The notes under the pieces: model-generated
Told to the model about the DNA's origin: nothing
The model's input: the letters and a program-made list of their open reading frames with translations, nothing else
The model's database searches: none
Translations under genes and position numbers: made by a program
Shown: positions 48,691 through 63,664 of the stretch, in pieces
Layout: every line of letters starts with the position of its first letter
Position numbering within the stretch: the stretch's first letter is position 1
NCBI RefSeq assembly: GCF_021869535.1
Contig: NW_026262723.1
Location: 63,922,001-63,986,000 of the forward strand
DNA from: Mytilus californianus
Taxonomy: Eukaryota
Length of the DNA stretch: 64,000 bases
Direction: 5' to 3'

Positions 48691-49519
48691 TATAGCTTTC
48701 TTGTTTACCTTTTGTTTTGCAAAAAGGTTTTAAATGAGTTGCAGCAAATAAATATGAAATCAAATATTTTAAAAGACCATTTAATTAAGTTCGATTTTGT
48801 GGAATTGTAGTGAAGAGTATTGCAAAGTCATAACTATCAACCGAATTGAAAGGACCAAAAAAAAAGCACGTATTTTCCATAGAGTTTTTTAACTCCAAAA
48901 ATAAGGTAATTTACATATCTTTTGAAGCTCAAAGACATCATCTTGATAGTTCTTTTCTATGAATTTTCATTTCTTTTCGTTAATATTATGAATAAATAGA
49001 ACAATATTATGCCAGGAAAATGTTCCATTCACATTGCAAAAATCCTAATTTTCGACATGAAAGGGTCTATTACCAAATATATCGAACTGATCTCTTGCAA
49101 TCCTTTATCACAAAAGCAATATATTTTGAACAAATACCGAAAGTATAACAGCACAAGGCATATTTTATTGAATACGCTCATTGAAAACTATGTTGTTAAT
49201 GTTGCATGCTCGAGGAAACCAAAATGACGTAATCAAACACATTTAAAGCTAGACGAGCTGTGTATGTTAGATCACTTTTGCGGGAAATTATAGAATGAAT
49301 TAAAAAAAAATCGAAAATGATAGGTAATTTATATTTTGCATATTGAATAAAAAAGATGATGTGAGGCATACGGCAAAGTGACAGCCAATCAGAGATACGA
49401 AACAACTAAACGACATATAAGGCAACAAATGGACCGCAGCAATAGACATGTATAGAACATATAAATATATGTTATATGTCAAGCTCTTGGTCGAATTTGA
49501 AAGTTCTTTTATTGGATAA

Positions 49520-49945
49520 AAGAGACAGAAGATACCAAGGGAACATTCAAAACTCATGAGTCGAAGAAAAACAGACACCGCCATTAAAAAAAAACAAGAC
49601 AAACAAGACCAAAAATCAATACATAGAAAAATAAAGTCTGAGCAACAAGAAACCCTCCAAACAAAAATTGGGGTGATCTGGGATACTATGGAAGAGTAAG
49701 CAGATCCTGCTCCACTAGTGGCACCCGTCATGTTGCTCATGTTAAGTACAAATTTGGTGGTAAGTCTCATTCGATGATTTCAACCAATCGAGGAAAAGAG
49801 GACGGAATTTGGGTGACGAACATTGGAACATATATATGGTCAACTGTGACACAGATATACCAAAATGGTAAACCAACCGGTGATGGCGTCCGTCAAACTT
49901 TCGAAGGGATGACTTCAAACTTATCTTTTTCCTTGTAAGCAACTT
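49520..49945 (-). mobile_element. Repeat family B copy
   Basis: Colinear with 21919-22300. Confidence 0.7.
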
Positions 49946-52164
49946 CACATAAAGAAAATATCAAACATCATAGCTTACTTTAAAACCTGCCGTGTCTTTA
50001 GTTTGTCGTTCATTAATATGATAACTTGACTTATAAAGGGATCCATTTTCAGTAGATCATTTGGAAGATTCTGGTATCGCTTTTCTTCTTATAAATGTTT
50101 TCTTTTAGTTTTAAATTTAAGCTACGCTTTGACTGCAGGAATTTCGATGAATTACGTTCAGTTATTTTTACTAGCATGAATCTTTTACACCAGAAAGACA
50201 AACTATTGATTTATTTTCCTCACAAAACATTTTTTTTTTTATCAAATTCTCCTCTTCCTTTGCCAAGGCAGCATACAATTTCATGTAAGAGTATTATTTA
50301 ACATGTACAGCCACATTGGAAAAAATTGAAAGACAAAACAATAGTGATGAATAGCAAGAATGATTGAATATGAAAAGAAAGAACAATGTGTTGACCATTG
50401 AATATCTTTGGTTTTTTTGTTATTAAACTGGTTTCTTCCTGTCTTTTATCTGTTTGGCTCTGATAACAAGGGTGACTCAGATACTTGTTTGTTGTAAGGG
50501 TGAGAACCAGCCTAGAGGATTATTGACGTATACCCATAATCTCTTTTTTTATATATTTGTAACAAATATTTGTTTAAATGTAGCATGATTACCAAAAATT
50601 ACTTAAAAGAGTCTAAAATATTTTGTATGTTTTTTATATACATCAAGCCGTTGGTTTTCTAGTTTGAATTGGTGTATATTTTGTCAAGTCGGAATCTTTG
50701 ATAGCTTACTTTACGGTATGGATGTTTTGGTTTTTTTTCTTTCAACTCCTTTTTTAAGATATTTTGATTATAGTATTGTATTAATGTAAGTGTACAGCTG
50801 TGTATTCTAGTGGATTTTATTGTATTTTTAAGACAAAATTGACCTTCAAAAATTTGTTGAGAAATTTGCTGGAAGAAAAGACCGAGCGTGAATCGGGTTT
50901 GGGATAGAGTGACAATTGCATCATGTTCCACCGCCTATATATTATTCAACTCGGAGATCTATATGGCATATTTTACGGCTCTAATGACGTAGACATGTGT
51001 GCTATTTATCAAACACTTTCTAAACTTATTGTATCGATCATCAACAACAAATGAACTATTTCCCTGATTTCTGATTAAGTCTACAATGTGTTTTAATTGT
51101 AATAGTTTTGGTATTCCAAATGTTTTGATTTCAGCTTTACTGATGAGTTACGAAACGTAAATCTGGCGTATCAAATATTAAGCCATGTATCTTGGATGAG
51201 TTTTAACACAATTAAAAATATAACCCTAAAGTAACAAAACTACATATTGTCAAATTCTCTTAAACACTTTTTAAGCACATATTTAAAGTTTTAATTAAAT
51301 TGAAACGTTAATAGAAAAACAGGGACGATTGACTTCTGTGACATGACAGTAAGACTCGAACATATATGTAAAGAGCAGATCCACACGAAGTACTTGACTT
51401 TTAACGATTCATTTGTGCTCCAAATGACCTAGTTCTTTAAGTTTAATATTTCCACTTTAGATTGTAGTATGTGAAGACTTTATCTTGGTTGGTCATTTAG
51501 ATGTAGTTTTGCACTTGGTCTATTAACATGTCTGAATTCAACTAATTTGATTTTGGTTTGGATACAAATCAACGTAACGCTGACATATTATGAAGCACTT
51601 TTATACATTAATCCAAAACGAAATAAACAAAATAATCATTTTTTTAGTCAGCACCTATGATATATTTGTCTTTTCTGTTATCTATTTTTTACTGTATTAT
51701 TTTAATGTTAAGTTACAGTTTAGTGAATAACTAGTCCTATAAATCTATTTAAAGTCGATTTTAAATAGTTTTGTTTGGATTTTCTCTCCAGACCCTTTTG
51801 GTGATACAAACTTATTTAACGGACACTCACCGACATAACTGAATATGATAATATTTCATATCAAAGTATTTGTTTTCTTTTGATTCACTAACAGTTGACA
51901 AACATATTTTGTCTCATTCAGGTACATTAGGGATACATATGTATAGGAAATGCTATATGTATGTACAACATTTACTACATTATAATATTATGAAGGCGAG
52001 AAAAATCTCCTATCTCCAGCAGAAACTATATCGACACTGAATATAGCCTTTTTGTCGTTGTCTCATCATCTTGAGGTCTTATCCCGCTTAGGAAATGCTA
52101 TAAATTATGAAGTGTTACATTCCATTGCTTGTATGTTAAGGACGAACTAATATATAAGGTTTAT

Positions 52165-52195
<31 letters not shown>

Positions 52196-52196
<1 letters not shown>

Positions 52197-53150
52197 TATG
52201 TCTTCATCATATGAAATACAATCACAGTCCCTTCTGATGGGGGTTTAGCATCATGCCATCATAATTTATCCGAGAGAGAAGAACATAACCTAATCATACA
52301 AACAACTGGCTTTAGAATAAATGTGGTTATTTCCGACGCTTTGAGAGAATCAATATTAATAAAAAAAAAAACACCATATTTAATTAATGACTTGACAATA
52401 GTGTCGCAACTATATCCCTTGTGAATCAGTCTGTTTAGAAATTTGATTAGGTTTTGAGATGAATGACGACATTTTTGTACTTTTTATAGAATATTACCAT
52501 AAAAGGTGGGATGTGAAATATCAGTACGTTTAAGATGTCTGCATGTTGATTTATGATTACAAATGATGTCCTTGTACGATGATAAGATTTAGTGAAAGTT
52601 TTGACAAGTTTGTGATATCGAAAACTACGACATTTTTGTGCTTTGAATAGAATATTACGATAAAAGATGGGATGTGAAATACCTGAACGTATAAGATGTC
52701 GTCACGTTGATTTATTTTTTCGAATGATGTCCGTGTACTGATGATAAGATTTAATTAAAGGTTTGAACTGTTTTTTATATCGAAAACCCTGGTGATATAA
52801 GTTTTCAGTTATACAGAGGTTTCGTTCGTTAAAATCAAATAGTTGTTAAATACACGAGTGGATCAAAAAAATTTCAGATATATAAACGCCATATGAGGAT
52901 GCCAAAGCAACGTCGCCATCTAAAAACAGATAATTTACAATAGAAAATAAAAAATCATCTGTTTTATTGTAATTTTAGTGTTAAACTTTCCGTTATGGAT
53001 AGAAATTTGAAGATCCAGGAAAAAGCAGTGTTCATTTTAAGTATTAGCTTTATTTGTAGTAAGTGTAAAAGGATAAATGTCTTTAGTGTACATACTGAAG
53101 GCGTCATTATTGAGAGCGAAATTGTCATCCAACTATCTAAAATCTGTTAT
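52196..53150 (-). mobile_element. Decayed PLE RT C-terminal half + 3' UTR start, with an internal tandem duplication of about 180 bp
   Basis: Aligns by eye to 45376-46170; segment 52460-52620 repeated at 52620-52790; (TG)n at about 52172-52196. Confidence 0.8.
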
Positions 53151-55469
53151 TAAGATAGTATGGTTGTTTTCCAGGCCGTGACACCTCGTTCTTGATATGA
53201 CATTAAAATCACATGACAGGTAACATGGGTAATGCATGCATAAAGAAGACGTAATTCAAGAAGACGCATATTTATTATATTCGTTCGGATTATTCAGCCA
53301 CATAAGCCTGGACTTCCGGAAGACTGACAAGCAGTGTGTACAGCATATACTTGTGCTTATCACTTCCGACCACAATTTTATTTCAACGATAGGTTTCCAG
53401 TTTCTTAATACATCGAGTTACATAAGGAAGCGACAGCTTACTTACGGGGAAGCATATTATTTTTTCACATAATGACTTGATGTTAAGAATCACATCACTT
53501 GTGAACAGAAATATTGATAATCATCACATTGACACTAGTTCAATATCTGTCTGTTCTTTGTTTGGATTCTCCTTAGTCATGCTAGTGGTAGCTACTTGGT
53601 TTCTGTTTTGTCTGCTTTGATTTTGATGACAGATATTTGATATTCTCTGTTCAAATGTCTTACAGCTTTTCAAACGGAAAGGTGCAGGTTCCCCGGAAAA
53701 GACATATATGTTCGCTGGCTGTTGCTAACTCGATGACGTTTACCATGTTGCTAAAAATTTCACTGAAATAGTTCACATTTTCAAGAAACTACATAATTTT
53801 GTATACACTTATTTCAGTAAAATTTCAAATCTAAACAAGTTTCATCAGCAAATTTATGCAGTTCAAATATATTTACAAAATTATACAAAACTTTATAATT
53901 ACTTTCAACGTGGACCATATCTCATTTTACATGCAAAACGAAGACACTGTTTATTTAAAACAATTTTGTATAATGTCTAAAAGAGAGGCGAAAGATACCA
54001 AGGGAACATTCAAACTCATAAGTCGAAAATAAACTGACAACCTCCGCCCTGGTTAAAAAAGAAACAGACAAACAGACAAACAACAGTACACAATATACAG
54101 CATAGAAAACTAAAGAAAACTAAAAATATTGTTTAGTTTATTTTTCATATCATTTTTAAAACATTCGGCTAAACACTTCTGTTGATATTTTCATGGACAT
54201 TCTGTAAATGCCAGAGATTACAAACGACCCAGGAAGTCTGAATTGTTTTCCCATTTTACCAGTTTCGAATTTTACAAATGATATCTTGACCTCTACTTTT
54301 CCGTCTATAAAGAGGACACTTTTTGCATATTCCATCAGAAAGCGAAAAAACTTCATACTGGTCTGTGGTATCACTAAAGGATCAATGAGTGATTGTCGAA
54401 AACAAGTTCATGATATTAGAGTATACATGTAATAACTGGGCTGATATATAGTGGAGCCTATATATATAATAACCGGGCTGATATGTAAAAAAAAGTTATA
54501 TTCTGTATTTATCCTGCAATCGACCTTTCTACTATACAAATACAGGTTGAAATATAAAATGACGCAATAATAGTACAGTAGACGTTTATAGTCTCCTGGT
54601 GTCCTGCTTCTGTTTGGAGCGACCGGTTATATTCAAATTGATGTTTTCGTCACAATTCAATTGCGGGTCCTCATCGCGGTCCGCGTTTACGTCATGTTGT
54701 TTTCATTAAGAAACAAATTCAACGATTTCGAATTGAAACAAAATATACGTTTAAGCTCAATGTTGAATTGCAGGATAAAAACAATATTCGCGCATTATAG
54801 AAAAAATACATAATTTATTTGTACTCGCTACGAAACAGGAGAAAAGCACGGCGAGTCTATCTTTTCTCTCTGTTACTAAAACTCGTAAAATAAATATTAG
54901 ATTTTTCTACACTGTCCGAATATTGTATACACTGTATATACAGTGTCTTGACATCGATATTCCTCATGTACTAACACATTTTTTGTCGAAGATTATATTA
55001 AAGGCATCTACCTGGGTTTGAAAGACACAATTTTTTTTTCATTTTAGTTTCGTTTTTGCCTCACCACACTTGATAATTACTCACTATTAAATTAAATTGG
55101 AATTGATTATCAAATTTACTGACAAAATTCTACTTGCATTCACATCATTATGAAATAAAAACACCTAACCACCAATGTTTAATTAAATAAACAAATAAAC
55201 CTGTGACATTTTTTCCTCCAGATAATTAAAATACGACCATTTTTTTCTTTAAAAATGATTTTATATGAACGTTATCCTGCAAAAAACTAGATGACGAATT
55301 GTTATATCTTTGCACTGTACTTAAAAATAATTTAAGATGACAAATAACATAGAAGAATAAATATCTAAAATGTAAAAAGAGTATCCAAGATTCATAAATG
55401 TGTTATTTACTATAAGAGACTAGTGATGCAAATTTTGTATCCTTCGTAGGCTTATAGCAGTACATCAAA

Positions 55470-56412
55470 AAGTAAAATATCAAAAATACCGAACTCCAAG
55501 GAAAATTTGAAACAGAAAGTCACTTATCAGATGGCAAAATAAAAAGCTCAAACACATCAAACGAATGGAAAAACAACTGTCATATTCCTGACTTGGTACA
55601 GGCATTTCCTTATGTAGAAAATGGTGGATTATACCTGGTCTTATAGCTTGCTAAACCTTCCTCTTGTATGACAGTCATATAGCATTTCAATATATTGACA
55701 ACAATGTGTGAGCAAAACAAACACACATAATAGGTACAAATGTCAAAAATTGTGATACAGCAGGCAACATTGTGTTATAATCTTAATCCCTATAAAACGA
55801 ATAACTATCTTAACATAGAAAAAAGAAAATGGCATATAGACACTATACAGACGAAGTACAAAAGCAAAAATGAAAGACAAAAATACAAAAATGACTAAAG
55901 CACAATAACACAATGGCAAGATGTATAAATACCTAGCCACGCCAAAATTAAACACCAAAATTGTAAAAGTCAGAATATACAAAGACCAATAAAAAGAACA
56001 CTATAACACGTGATTGAGAGGATTAATAACGTCAGTACCTAGAATCTATACTTCAAGACCATCATGTATTATTTGTAAAGTTGATACGGAATATTTGTCA
56101 ACAAGGTCTTGATATCTTCGGATGAACTTTTTTAGAAAAAGGAAGAGACGTTTTTTGACATAACCCTGGTTCATCAACTTTCTGCTCACACACTGATGAC
56201 GTTTTATAAAGTCTGAGTAGAGCTGCAAGCTCTTGAATACCGAATGAATTAGGAGATGAATATCCCATATGCAGGTGAAGTTGGTATATTGGTGTTAAGG
56301 TGGCATAAATTTTTAATATAGATTCTGATACTGAGATGACCACCGATGTCAAAATCGAGGTATAAGTCTTCAAATAAGGCGGATGAAGCCGTGTCGGTTG
56401 TTTCTTTAATTT
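55470..56412 (-). mobile_element. Decayed PLE RT C-terminus + 3' UTR (another subfamily)
   Basis: EIKETTDTASSA..YLDFD..IPTSPAYGIFIS..IRYSRAC..DFIKRHQCVSRKLMNQGY across frames 56460-56046. Confidence 0.8.
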
Positions 56413-59400
56413 CTTGCAACGGGTTGATTCAATAAACCTATAAATGTAGAAGGATGACAAATCATGCTTAAAAATTGTTCAGGAAAGGTTAGCACATATT
56501 TAAAGCTAGAATAGCCATTTCGGTGATTGAACTTCACTTTTTTGTTTTAATGGACAACTGACAAATGCCATGAGTATTATTTTAACACCATCTAATTATC
56601 ATACCTCATCAAAAAGCTACTTGCCATCACATAGCGAGATATATCGCTCACTCATATTAGTCAATCTTCAGGCTCTATTTGACAGTAGAAAGGCGAATCA
56701 ATCAAAGTTTGCAATTTCAAAGAGAGGAACATTAACAATAATACCACATCGTACTATTTATATAAAAACGTATTTTACGGAATTTTAAAATCATAACTAA
56801 TGAAGCTAGGTGAAATATATCAGGAACCTGACTTGTTGGTTGCGGAGAAATATGTGACGACAATTTCATAGTATGTGCATGTTCAACATATCTTTATAAT
56901 CAAGTTGGCCATAGACCACTATTAATTTTCCTATCATTTCTTTATTACGTTTTTTCACATTAAAAACAAATTCACCTGCCGATTCGCAAAAGTTTTGGTA
57001 TGTGTAATGTACAGTACAAGTCTCACATTATATCCAACATTTAGGAAAATCCCAGCTGTGCAGGTAATTAATTTAGCCAAAACACATCCATACTGGTATG
57101 GACAAGTCAAGAGATGTTCCGAAAACTATAAATGTTTTTTTTTTTATAAAATAAATCTTTTATTGCACATTTCTCTGCTGTTTTTACAACTTACTCGACT
57201 CACAGTATTCGGTCGAGTATCCCTGTAAATTAGTTTAACCAGGGAGATTACACAGTACAAATTATATATATCAAATATGGTTAGTTATACAATACATTGA
57301 TTTTGACAATTTGTTTTTGAAGTCTTTGTTATGTTACGTAATTACGGAAATTGTACTATCTATTGTCCGATATTGTTTATAATTTAGTCGTTGACCTAAA
57401 CCTTGATCAAAATATTTCCCGTGAAAGTTGAGATGATGATGTCGGATGATTAAAGAATACCACGTGTAATGATCATGAGAGCAGAAGGTTCTCAAATAAG
57501 TTTTTCTAATGGTGAGTTTTGGTAATATTTCCATTTTTTTATAATAAATTTATAGAAAGAATCATGATTTATCCTAGAATATCAAAGATTTTTCCAGTCA
57601 GTAGACAGTACAGGGTCAATGTTCAATAAGCATGTTGTACAGATAATCATTGATTATTCATCACATTTAAACACACACATGTGTCATCTTAAAATTTCGC
57701 AGTTGTTTACATTTCATATAAGTTATCCTACATGATATGTATAATAATACTGAAAAAAGAACATCTACAATATAAACATGGTTATTATATATTTTTATAA
57801 ACATCATTCTATATAAATGTTACCTGCAACTGGCCTAATAACTCAATCCCACTACTGAATAGTTAAAATAAAGAATAAAAAAATTATTTTAACTCTTTCT
57901 TTCATTTCCACTCTATAAAAACTAAGAAATGAATCAGGAAGGCAGAGAATAAAAATCAAGAAGAAATAGACTATAATAACAAGGAACTATATTCGTCTCG
58001 GGACAGTATTCTAAACACATCTTTTCGGCAAACAGGAAGTATAACATAGAAGGAACTGCAAACGTGTTGCAAGGTATGGCATTACGAAATGAAACTGTGT
58101 ACCATATATCAAGATAGTAGGCATTGAATCTGTCGACAAAAATGCGTCAACAATGTGTTTCGGGAAAATAAACGCACACACGTACGTAAGAACGGACAGA
58201 AATAAAACCAATATACCCCTATCTTTTGGAAGGGGTATAGATATACTCTGTTAAAATGTACATTCTTTCTACTTACTTGATAGTATTATTTTCTCCTGTT
58301 TATTCTTGTAAATATTGAGTCGATCACATTGCGGACAATGCTTCCGCACATTGTTTTTTTTTTAGATGTCTGATTGATCGTTTACCAAAAATACCTGAAA
58401 AAGAACGTGATATTTATTTCAGCTTTTCAAATTTAGTTTTAGTTTTCATGAAATGTAACTGATTAAGTTACGTTTAGACGAAGGTACCTTTTCGAAGATA
58501 TACCATCAGCATTGAATGAAACTCATGTTATTATAATTCAAAATAAGCAACTGGAGGGGTATACTAAGTGGCTATTATCTGGCCCCTAAAATTTCAAAAA
58601 AGTAGTAAAATTCTCCAATGCCTAAAAATCATCTTAGTTCCATTGATAAATGAATAGGGTTATGTAATGTGGAAACTGTCAAACAAAAAATGGTAGTCGT
58701 TATCTCATAATTCAGAATGAACTTGTCCTAATTTACACATTTGTCTCTCTGTTAATGTCTGTTGTACACGAAGTGTTTGGCCAATTTGGACATGACTCAA
58801 GGCCTCCGAAAAATGATAGTTTAAGCACATTTTTATATCCAGTAGCAATCTGTATTCTTGTGACCTTCAATTTAACCCCTTAGCTTGAGTTGGGGTTACG
58901 CATAAACTGGGCGTGTTCATTTTTTAAAATGAAAAGAATGTCAACATTGAAAATGAAATAATGGTCAACCATTTTGCTGACTGATTCAATCCACGAAGAC
59001 TCATTCTGATGCAGGTTAAAACGATGATTAACATATTTTTTAACCTATAATATGAAATCAAACAGACCTAGAAAAATCCAACTGCACGTGTTCACTATTT
59101 CTTTATACATGTATCTATATTTATGTTTATATCGGGTTATATGACCGTCGGCAGTCTTTGGTGGTTACCTCGATGATTAATTAAATGGCGTCTAGACTAC
59201 AATACACACGAAATGCTGATACATATTATCGAATCCATGCATCGTAAATTGTTTATTTTAGACTTTTTATCATTTGGATATACGTTTTAGTATGTTATGA
59301 ATAGGATATGAGAACTTTAGTCAAATCGGTGAACATGAATTTGACAGCTAATACCCCTTTAAACATTTTATCGTATTTTTAAAATTGTATTTGACTGAAT

Positions 59401-59431
59401 GTATTGCTATGTACAGTAATTAATATATTGT

Positions 59432-59724
59432 AAAACATGTTTAACCCCGCCGCATTTTTGCGCCTGTCCGAGTCAGGAACCTCTGGCTTTTGTTAGTCCT
59501 GTATGTCTTTTTTTTAATTTTGGTTCATTTATATGTTTTGGAGTTTAGTGTGACGTCCATTTTCGCTGAACTAGCTTACATTGTTGTTAGGAAGCCAGCT
59601 AAAGCCCGCCTCCGGGTGTGGGATTTTATCGCTGTGTTGAAGACCCATTGGTGGCTTGGGCTGTTTTCTGCTCTTTCGTCGGGTTGTTGTCTCTTTGACG
59701 CATTCCCCGTTTCCATTCTCAATT
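59432..59724 (+). mobile_element. PLE 3' terminal fragment
   Basis: AACATGTTTAACCCCGCCGCATTTTTGCGCCTGTCC..TTCCATTCTCAATT, as at 31718-32010. Confidence 0.85.
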
Positions 59725-61329
59725 GTATTATTAATCAATATTTCCCTAATTATCGAATATTGATTTTTGCAAATTTGGTAATGTCTGTTGAAAAACAATA
59801 TTGAGCTATTGTTGTGCTATAATGATACCTTTTAAGTGGTATCACAATCTTACTTGTAATGCCACCCTCAGTTTTTCTACCAGTATTCTCAGCAACTTTT
59901 CCAATTGTTTTACCAGTGTCAACAATACCTTTTTTAACCTTATTAGCCTGTTCTTCAGCTTGTTTTATCATCCATTAATTTTCCAAGTGACATCTCCGTA
60001 CCAATATTAATTAAGTTTTCTATCTCGATTTTTTACCACATATCCGAACTTAACAGCTTTTGCAACAGGTTTGTTAACTACGTTCAGCAGTCCGTGGATC
60101 ATATGTGCGTTTCTGGTGGTTTTTAGATATTTTTAATAATCTCCTTGAAATAATAAGTATAATTATAATCGCTTTAATGACTATTGGATCAGTAAAATTT
60201 AATTAATTATAATAGAAAAATATCAATTGTTCATAGATCACTATTTTTCCAGATTCATTTTTTACACTCTTTTATCTTTTATCGCAGTATACCATACTGT
60301 AATTGACATATTTAATAACTTTTACGACCTGACTTTATAGATAATTTTATTATTCTAAAAAAAACGTTGCAACTCCCTTAGGCTTTAGGCAAAGATGATC
60401 TTTGAATCGATTTTGATTGATATGAATAGGCTTTTTTTTGTTATGATGCTTCGAAATTCTTTTTACTTTCTATTACTTTCATTTGATTGTTGCTGAAATT
60501 GGTAGACTTCCGTTCCGGCATGATTAAAATGATATCTGTTAACTGTTACTTTTGTTTATATTTTTTTTTATTGTGCTAAATCTTTCACGCAAAGTTGTCC
60601 TATTGATATTTGATTCTCTGGTTTTAGTGTCTCCTTAACAGTTTTGAATAAGGTTCATCACAAACATCATCGATTTGAGTGTACTCAATGAATATTACTC
60701 CAGGAACAGGTATCATGCGCTATCAAACTTATTACTCAACTCTTTTAAGGTGCATTGTATATTTTTATGACGAAGACGTGACGTAATAATAATGATGATG
60801 TATATATCAGTTTTGGAGTTTTTTGTTTTTGTTTTTATAGCTACATCTGGTTACTGGTGCACTGAAATTGTAGTCATGATCGTTCCAAACAACTTTCACA
60901 GTCACTAAAATCATCTGGAAGCTTAAATACATAAAGAGTAGCTGTATATGTTATATAACTTCAAATACACATGAATAGATGTATAATAATATACATTTGT
61001 ATTGACATGTAAAATTGTATACTAACGCGTGTAAATGTCAAAACACAATATACTAAAACATTTTCTAATTTATGAGAATTTATTCAGACAATATAATACT
61101 TCAGATGACTTGTCATAAATATAAATCATTCACAATGATTACTTCGTCTTACTGAGGAGATGTGCATCTGTATAATACCTACTGATCATCCCATATACAT
61201 TTATTAAGCAGGGAGTGTGCATTATCTGGTATGGGCGATCGGGAATTATCCAGATAGTGAAAACAATGAAAAAATAAATCACTTTTAATGTGAAAATTAC
61301 AACACTTGTGTTGATAAGAGATATACGTA

Positions 61330-61739
61330 TGTTAAGCCATTTCAATTGATATCTTATAGTGTGTCTTTCTATGTTGTGATGTTACACTATTGTTTCAGAT
61401 AAGGGTGTAGGTTTGGTACCATTAAAATGTTTAAACCCGCTGCAATTGTTTGCACCTGTCCTAAGTCAGGAATCTGATGTTCAGTAGTTGTCGTTAGTTG
61501 ATGTGGTTCATAAGTGTTTCTCGTTTCTCATTTTTTATATAGATTAGACCGTTGGTTTTCCCGTTTGAATGGTTTTACACAAGTAATTGTTGGGGCCCTT
61601 TATAGCTTGCTGTTCGGTGTGAGCCAAGGCTGCTCCGTGTTGAAGACCGTACTTTGACCTATAATTGTTTACTTTTATAAATTTTGACTTGGATGGAGAG
61701 TTGTCTCATTGGCACTCATACCACATCTTCTTATATCTA
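61330..61739 (+). mobile_element. Repeat family A copy
   Basis: Colinear with 11775-12148 and 15066-15331. Confidence 0.8.
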
Positions 61740-63664
61740 GGTGAATTTGTCCGTTAAATGCGTTAAAAAGTAAAGCCTCAGTCACAAATCAGGATTTTTA
61801 ATACCGTCCTGGAAAGGAACATTCCGATAAAAATGTGTTAAAAGTCGGATTAAGTTCCTGTGATTCGTGGCTCGAAAATTTGTAAAAACAAATATTGATT
61901 AAATCACGAAAACAATCAGATATTTTTCAGGAAACGTCCCTATTATACCGATAAAAATATACCATTCTAGATTATTGATAATAGTAGTCCGACTTTTTCA
62001 CATTTCGTGTCTTTGCACTGTCTGATCTCAAGCGCGAGCCATAATCGGCTATCTGTGACCGCCGTATTAACTACAATATTGAAGACAACTTAAGAATTAC
62101 TTAGATTGTCAAAGAGATTACAATGATATAACTAGTTTTTGTTTTACAATATTAAACTTTCTAAATTATATCAATTTCAAATCAGATGTCCTGAAACCAA
62201 TGAACAAAAAAAATAAATAATCTATCAAGTGTCCAGTTTTAAACTACTAGTACGTCAAATTTATTATATTCTTTTCAATCGTATTTAAGTTTGATTTATG
62301 TATAAACTTACATTGTTCCTCTTTTTTGATAAGTTTAATACTTTTATAGACTCGGAACGATGCAGTCTGAGAGTCTTTTTGTATATACACCTGTCGAATG
62401 TTGAATACCTATTTCATGTCACCCTCTAGATGTCTTTCGGTTACTATTTTTGCTGGTTTGCTTTCTCATTGACTTGTACCAATTTTTATTTATAACTGTT
62501 ATATACACTATCATGTGTTTTTCTTCATTAAATTGTATTTCAACCCACTAATACAATATTATTTTTTATTAACTATAGTAAGCACTTGTAAAGTAATCAC
62601 AAAAACCAATTTTGGAAGTGCACGTAGTAAAAATAACTCCTTTTTCCCACAAGAAACTGTACATCTGAAAAAAAAACATTTAGTTGTCTAGCAAAAATGG
62701 CGGGAGCCACAAGATACGTTTGCAGTTCCGGTTAAGTAATATAAAACAAAAAGACTCTAAAAACACAAAACATGCAACAAATGTAGTATTAGCTCAACTT
62801 TAGTTCACTCCAATAATGTAACTAAGTGTACTTAACCAGTCACAACCAACAAATTGTTCTAACACTATTAAATTCTCATAACCATGTTATTTAAGACGCC
62901 ATGTACGAACGCTGTTAACAGGATGTTTATTTGTGTTTTAGATATTATTCAATTAATATTCTATAAAAATTTCCTGAAGTAAAAAATTTACAGGAACATC
63001 AACCTAAAAAAATGTCAAATTTGATGAAATTTGCCTGCAGGCAGCGTTGTTTTGCACTGAATACCTTAAGTTTTAGATTAATCGTTTAATATGATTCTAT
63101 GAAAAGTGTAGAGTCTGTGAGTAAACGGTACTTGGGAAGTTTGTTACTCCTCGTTTTCAATACTATTAGCTATTCCTCGTATGCTCTAAAGTTGTGTCGG
63201 AGTCCGGCAGACCCAGTATAATATAAAGAGATATGGTATGATTGCAGATGAGACAACTAACCAGGAGAATCCATTTAACATAGGATTAGTAGGTCACAGT
63301 GATTGCTTTCAAAATTTTCACAAGTTTACAGCTCTTGGTTTCTCCGTACCATAGTAAAACTATATATCCTTTCTTGAATGGATCGTACATATAAAACGTT
63401 ACCTTCTGCAAAGTGTGTACGGTATAATCCATATTTTCTTTAAAATGCAACATATAAAAGACTACAATAATTAATTAATCTTTATTGCAAGTAAAACGTT
63501 AAATAAACTTTTAAATACAAGTAAACAAAACAAAAATTGGATAAATAAATATAACATACTAACAATTTCAACAAGTATATTCTAATACATCAACTACAAT
63601 TATATTGCTAAAACATTTTGTCATTTGATTGCACATTGTCATTCTTATATTACTTTAAATTGAC

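Larger units (their letters stand above)
54156..60877 (-). pseudogene. psiG5: decayed chimeric family member (G3-type 5' end, G4-type 3' exons, exon 2 missing)
   Basis: Exon-1 remnant MTTISVHQ* (60877-60851). Exon-3 remnant 60143-59854 frameshifted, ending ENTGRKTEGGIT|gtaag. Exon-4 remnant 57125-56976 with two stops (KCWI*CETC). Terminal exon 54335-54156 open but its acceptor is TG instead of AG. Confidence 0.8.

Noticed and set aside
58550-59365. Possible TTAA-type MITE ending CAGCTAATACCCCTTTAA
   Set aside because: Only one terminal repeat is clear; the left end is too degenerate to support boundaries.
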